Origin: Eledone cirrhosa
Lineage: Eukaryota
DNA length: 64,000 nt
Reading direction: 5' to 3'
Assembly (NCBI GenBank): GCA_964016885.1
Contig: OZ024747.1
Coordinates: forward strand, 86,614,001 to 86,678,000
Position numbers and translations under genes: made by a program. The notes under the pieces were generated by a model. That model searched no databases and was not told the DNA's origin. It saw nothing but the letters and a program-made list of their open reading frames with translations. The first letter of the stretch is position 1. Every line of letters begins with the position of its first letter. This document shows, in pieces, positions 57,514-64,000 of the stretch.

Positions 57514-57560
57514 TGCTCCGATGATTCCAGACTTTTCTCTGGAAGAAACAATTGTCAGCA
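57514..57560 (+). ncRNA. Type I hammerhead with U4C core variant (element about 57097-57700)
   Basis: tgct CCGATGA ttccaga-cttttc-tctggaa GAAA caattg TC agca. A 24-bp inverted repeat links 57097-57120 and 57567-57590. Confidence 0.78.
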
Positions 57561-57746
57561 AATAAATGTTCTAAACTAAAATTTGATCGTTTTAACACTG
57601 TGTATCTCAACTCTGTAAACCACTTGAAAATTTGCATTGAGCCTTTTGTCATACCGGTAACCGGCTAGTACATAGTACTACCCTACATATTTATAGTTAT
57701 ATCAAACATATATAAATATAAATATTCTTATTACTATATATATATA

Positions 57747-58195
57747 CAATATATTAACAAATGGAAACTATATTTATAAAACCATATTTATTTCATTATA
57801 CATATTTCAAGGGCCACCAAGGCAAACTATGGTGCGCTTTCATCAGATAAAATATAATATAGGTTAGTTTTATAAATAAATATTGACATACCCTGACAAA
57901 ATGCAACCATTCTGGTTGGAATCTCCTGCAGATTCCAACCAGAATGGTTGCATTTTGTCAGGGTATGTTAATATTTATTTATAAAACTAACCTATATTAT
58001 ATTTTATCTGATGAAAGCGCACCATAGTTTGCCTTGGTGGCCCTTGAAATATGTATAATGAAATAAATATGGTTTTATAAATATAGTTTCCATTTGTTAA
58101 TATATTGTATATTTACTCCAATAATTTGTTGAGTGCTTTATATCAGTTATAAAAATATTTTGCTTGTTGTATCCCAACAAATTAAATATAACCTC
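57747..58195. mobile_element. HHR-element family D, near-perfect palindrome; HHRs at 57789-57854 (-) and 58000-58065 (+)
   Basis: Arms 57747-57924 and 57930-58107 with a 5-nt spacer; tail to 58195. Confidence 0.92.
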
Positions 58196-58206
58196 TCTCT
58201 CTCTCT

Positions 58207-58298
<92 letters not shown>

Positions 58299-58436
58299 CA
58301 AAATATGAGGTTACATAAATCGTTTTTTGTTATTTTTATAAAAATCTCCAACGTAACTAAAAACTGCGATTGTTGAGAGCTTTCTCCTGTTCGCTCCTGT
58401 TTTAACAAAACAATCTTTTCGGAACACACACACACG

Positions 58437-58496
<60 letters not shown>

Positions 58497-58554
58497 CACA
58501 CACGCACGCACACACATATATATATATATACGTATGTATATGTATATATATAGT

Positions 58555-58742
58555 AATAATTGTTTCTACATTTGGCACAAAGCCACCAATTATCCCAGTA
58601 CATTACTGGTACTTTATTTCATCGACCCCGTAAGGATGAAAGGCAAAGTTAACCTCGGCGGGATTTGAACTCAGACCATAAAGTAACTATATACTGCAAA
58701 GCATGGCATCTGACTCTCTACCGATACTACCAATCCACCGGC
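58555..58742 (-). mobile_element. SINE S1 (short subfamily)
   Basis: Reverse complement of the 46551-46734 type. Confidence 0.9.
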
Positions 58743-59616
58743 CTTATATAGTAATAATAAGTAAGGACGAGGTGTCAAAATATTAAGTGTATTCAGCTTT
58801 GACGCACATTGCGTGATTAATCAGCTCAAGGTTCGATTTTTATCGATCGGGTCCGACTCTGGCATCAAAGACTCATGAGACTTCTGTTTGCTTAATGACG
58901 GAATACTTCGGATCCAACTTTAGAAAATATATATATTCGTTCTAATTCATTTGGGGTGGTCAGTTGTTCTTTGTTTTCATACGTTGTTTTGGGAAGAAAA
59001 AAATGTGAAGAGATGGAATTTTGGAATGACGATTTTCTCGATAACGTCTTCATATAGATTTTCCATAAAAGAAATGCTTGTACAATTTGGAATATATATT
59101 TGCAACGCAACCATCTATAGAATTAGTTGTGTCAAGTTAATCAGCATTTACAGATATTGAATATCTAATCGATGTCTTCAGTTTGCATAGTTTTATTCCG
59201 CATCAACATTTCATGTCTATCATATTGGTTTGTGACGTCGACACAACAAATTGAATATGAGTGAAAGGTTATAGTTGTTTACGTGCAGCCCTTTAATGCT
59301 TCATATTTTATCGATCCTTTAAGAAAATCTGCTATATAAACTTTTGTGGGATTTAAACTAAAATGCCGTAAGAATAATGTTAATAATGCAATTGTGTGAA
59401 TAATAGATTATGTATTTGATTTCATTTCATAGAAGATCCCTACACGTAGAGACCATAAGAGAAGGATATTGTAAAGAGACTGTATTTATCAGTCAATATT
59501 ATATAATCCTCTGCTACAATACATATTGTGTCTGTATAGTTCACATAAATGAACGGTGAGATTTTCATCCAATAGTGTGGGATTACTAATTGCAACCTTT
59601 GTATCTAATTAAGATA

Positions 59617-59734
<118 letters not shown>

Positions 59735-59804
59735 ACACACACACACACATATATATATGTATTTGTATATATGTATATATGTATACTTATATATATATAT
59801 ACAT

Positions 59805-59843
<39 letters not shown>

Positions 59844-59879
59844 TATATATATATATAAATATATATATGTATATGTATG

Positions 59880-59912
<33 letters not shown>

Positions 59913-60061
59913 GTATATACATATATACATACATACACACACACATACACACACATACACACACACACACATACACACATACACACACACATACACATAT
60001 ATATATAATAGTAGAGATCGAAGAGGAAGAGATAGATAGAGAGGGTGAGAAGAGGGTCCAA

Positions 60062-60245
60062 GGATTGGCAGTATCGGTAGAGGGTCGGACGCCATGCTTT
60101 CCAGCAGAGTTACGTCCCTTTACGATCTGAGTTCAAATCCCGCCGAGGCTGACTTTGCCTTTCATCCTTACGGGGTCGATAAAATAAAGTACCAGTAATG
60201 CACTGGGTAATTGCTGGCCTTGTGCCTAAAGTAGAAACAATTATT
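60062..60245 (+). mobile_element. SINE S1 (short subfamily)
   Basis: A-box, B-box and core intact. Confidence 0.9.
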
Positions 60246-61789
60246 AGATCTAAGATATGTGTATAGTCTATAGTTGCAAGAGGCACCATGTATCGCTTTC
60301 AATTCTCAGCTCACTTGGAGGCTCTGAATCTTTCTGTGTCAACAATATAAACATACATGCATACATACATATGTATATATGTAAGTATACACACGTACAT
60401 ATGATGATTACTTCGTATTATTAGAAGTTAGTCGACTCAAGATCATCTCAATGTTTCTAGCAAGTTTACAACCTCCCATAAGCACGGAGGTGACTTTCCA
60501 ATCCATCAACTGATTTACAAGTGTATTGGAACAAGTAACAGATGGCTGTCTGGCTGTTTGCCTGTCACCCTGCTTGTCTGTCTGTCTGTCTGTCTGTATG
60601 TATCTGTGTATGTGTGTGTGTATGTATGTGTATGTGTGTGTATATATGTATATATGGGTGTGTACATATATACCGAATAACGTTTGAGGCAAAAAATAGT
60701 ATTGTAGAAATCTTTGATATTGATGGAAACATTGTACTTAATAAAAACAGGATCACTTTTTAATTTTGATCAAAATATGCATTTTAATACGGAGATATTA
60801 GTGGCAAATAGACAGTAATGTGTAGTAAACCGCACACTTACTTTTAACGACTTTCACCGAGGATGAAGTCCAACTGAAACGATTCATATCTTAAGAAAGT
60901 AATAATAGCAACCTTTAGAAACATCCTGTGAATCAATCCAGTGGCCAAATTAACGCGACGAAGCATTCGATTTCAGAGAAGATACGCTTACCTCGGATCA
61001 TGTGTCTCGATGTTTTTACGATAGTTTTCTAGTGTTCTTTTTTGTTAAAACTGAGTCCTATTTTAAAGCTAAACAATGCATTTAAGAAAAACATAGTCTT
61101 ATTATGTCGAACATTCTCCGCCTCCGGCTTCAAATAGATTGTTCGAAATACCGGTTTAACTGCGTTATAACCACTTCTCTTTGATAAGTATCTTTTGATC
61201 GAAAAAATGTTGGCTGCTATCTTGATAAGGATTTTGTCGACATATCAATGAAATATGTTGTTTCAATGAAGAAGTGGAGAATGCATTTTGTTTTATTGAT
61301 TTTTCTTTTGCTGCGTCTATATGAAAAATAGAAACCTTTCTGTTCAAGTATAAATGCATCAAACAAGTATGAATACTTGTTTGTGTATGCATGCGTGTGT
61401 AAGTGTGTGAATCCTTCTATGCATGTGCATACAATGTTTCGCTGTCTCCATTCCTTTCAATATTTATGGAATTTATGGGGTTTTTTTCATGCTTTCTCCA
61501 ATTTAACCGTTGTCCCTTTTATTAACCCTTGATCTTCTCGGTTCTTGCTAATCCAAAATTATCCTATCATTTGGTATTTAACTTTTATCCAATGAAGAGG
61601 TCTCTCCTAAACGTTAGGCCCCTCTTGTCCATATTATAAGGCTTATTCCACGATTTAGGCGCCTATAAGTTTGTGTACTTAGGCTCACTAAATATGCACT
61701 GTTATTAGAGTAAAATCTATTATCAATGGCAACGTTTGTCAACTTTTAAACACATAGAAAATCAGAGTGATACACAAACTCGACCATGA

Positions 61790-62330
61790 AACCGCCTACA
61801 TCTCAACAAAAAGAAAAGAAGCTGGTAGTTGTTGACAAATTCGTCTACCTAAGATGCGAATATTGATGAATAATTAGAGTATAGGATCTCCAGGGCTTGA
61901 TCTGTGTTTGGAAAGAAAGCATGGAACAGGAAAGGCATCAGTATCCAAACAAAGTGAAACTTCTATAAATCTATCAGTGGTCCTCCTCCTCTTCTCTACA
62001 GTTATCATACCAGGAGGTTCAATTCATTTCATGAGATGCTTGAAAAGAATTATGAAAGTCAAGCAAGAAGACAGAATTTTAAACACAGAAGTGTTTGGGA
62101 AAGCAGAATCAGAAAGTATTCACGCCATCTTCAAACGCTCTCAACTGAGATGGACAGGCCATGTGCCGCATCAAGACTAAGGAAGCGCTATAAGGACTTT
62201 ATGAAAGAACTTTAAAAAGACTGCGAACTTCAGCATGATGTCTCTGAACTTGCAGTTCGGGGTAGATCCCTATGACAATCTCTTATTCGCTCCGGATTCA
62301 ACAGCTATGAGCAACAGATAAGAAAATCGA
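61790..62330 (+). mobile_element. RTE-clade LINE 3' relic
   Basis: VVDKFVYL, GISIQTKVKL, MRCLKRIMKVKQEDRILNTEV..SQLRWTGHV and RKRYKD. Confidence 0.82.
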
Positions 62331-62851
62331 AAATCGAAAAGCTGCAACTTCAAACCCTCAATTTAAACATACGGCAGATTAATATTTGTAAAACTTAGAA
62401 ACTTAAGCATAAAAAATTATTTTATTGATTGCTCAATATGTTAGGGGTTTCGTCACACTTCATGGATTACAGTCACTGGTGTAACCGTGAAATATTCTTT
62501 TTTCCCTTACGTTGTCGTAAATGACCTAACTCATTTGCGAAACTGTTTCTGTTGAAAGCTTTGTTGTTGCGGATCCATTTGCTGCCTTTTTAATCACATT
62601 TGGACAAGTGGAATCTGTATTATTTTCATTATTTTCAAAGCTATTATCGTCTAGTTGAGAACTAAGCTTTACATACTCGTGTAAATATTAACATTTTCTG
62701 CCATATACTTATACTACTTCAGACGTAATTTATCACTGAACCTGTATTTATGTGCTGTGAAATAGCTGCTCGAAATACTGAAGCTGATGTGACTGACTAA
62801 ATCAAGGCGCTGCCTCCGCATAGCCGCAGTTTAAGGATTGAAACCAACGAA

Positions 62852-63040
62852 ATAATAATTGTTTCTACTTTTGGCACAAGGCCAGCAATTATCCCAGTGT
62901 ATTACTGGTACTTTATTTTATCGACCCCGTAAGGATGAAAGGCAAAGTTAACCTCAGCTGGATTTGAACTCAGTCCGTAAAGCGACGTAACTATGCTGCA
63001 AAGCATGGCGCCCGACCCTCTACCGATACTGCCAATCCAC
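62852..63040 (-). mobile_element. SINE S1 (short subfamily)
   Basis: Homology to the other S1 copies. Confidence 0.9.
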
Positions 63041-63441
63041 ATAATACCAATAAATGAGAGAGTATTGAGGAAAGCAGAAAGATTAGAATAAAATCAGGAT
63101 GAATAATATAGAAAAATGCAGAAATATAAAGGCTACCCCGAAATAAGAAGAAATCTACATTCAATCGTGAAATATATGATAGTCAGAACCACTAAACGAA
63201 TCAGTAAATATTTAAATATTAATATTTTCATAATTATAAACACCATGTATGCCTGAGTAAAATGTGCTTTTGGAAATGGGAATAGTATATAAAAATGGTA
63301 AGAAGTGTGAGAATAAATAACAGCGTAGTGAATGCAAATAAATACACGGTGAATCGTGTTGGTTATAGAAGAATGCTACAGGAATCCTATGTTAAAGATT
63401 AGTAATATATGATAGTTGGAAATGTGTAATGTCGAAGATTC

Positions 63442-63579
<138 letters not shown>

Positions 63580-63778
63580 CCTTTCTTTATCTAGTTATGG
63601 AGTCGGCTGCGCTCCGACAACTTTAAATGCCCCAGACATGCCATATATCTCAATGGTGTCGCCGATTACTTCATCACGATTTCGGTGGCTAAAGAATGGA
63701 ATGATTTAATATGTGTGATGGGGTCAAATATATCTTATCTTAAGTAGCTTTTAAATGATTCAGAAACGATGTGGAAAC

Positions 63779-63964
63779 TGATGGGTTGGCAGTATAGGTA
63801 GAAGGTCGGACGCCATTCTTTGCAGCAAAGAGTTACGGCCCTTTATGGTCTGAGTTCAAATCCCGCCGAGGTTAACTTTGCCTTTCATCCTTACGAGGTC
63901 GATAAAATAAAGTACCAGTAATGCACTGGGATAATTGCTGGCCTTGTGCCAAAAGTAGAAATAA
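63779..63964 (+). mobile_element. SINE S1 (short subfamily)
   Basis: Homology to the other S1 copies. Confidence 0.9.
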
Positions 63965-64000
63965 ATTTGTGGTTCGCAGAATTTATTCGTTCTACGATAT

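Overview
AT-rich, microsatellite-dense eukaryotic DNA, most likely from an octopod cephalopod (inferred from the receptor sequence and SINE types). The only clear host coding sequence is a minus-strand exon (16360-17341) encoding TM1-TM6 of a vasopressin/oxytocin-family GPCR that closely resembles Octopus cephalotocin receptor 1. I could not find its TM7 exon in the window. The rest is repeats: tRNA-derived SINEs, RTE/CR1/Tx1 LINE relics, two non-autonomous Helitrons, a Helitron helicase relic and a Tc1/mariner MITE. The striking signal is a set of more than 12 sequence-unrelated families of short non-coding elements. They sit in (TA)n tracts, usually form fold-back inverted repeats with one long-tailed arm and one short arm, and mostly carry minimal type I hammerhead ribozymes (HHR). 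I read by eye about 19 HHRs with a canonical CUGANGA/GAAA/UH core, plus about 10 variant or half cores, with compensatory stem changes between copies. The families also share a tail hairpin (RCTC..GAGY) and often a mismatch at the base of stem II. This best fits non-autonomous Penelope-like/retrozyme elements. Most of the other ORF-track entries are microsatellite or palindrome artefacts. All structures were read manually, and family letters are my own labels.
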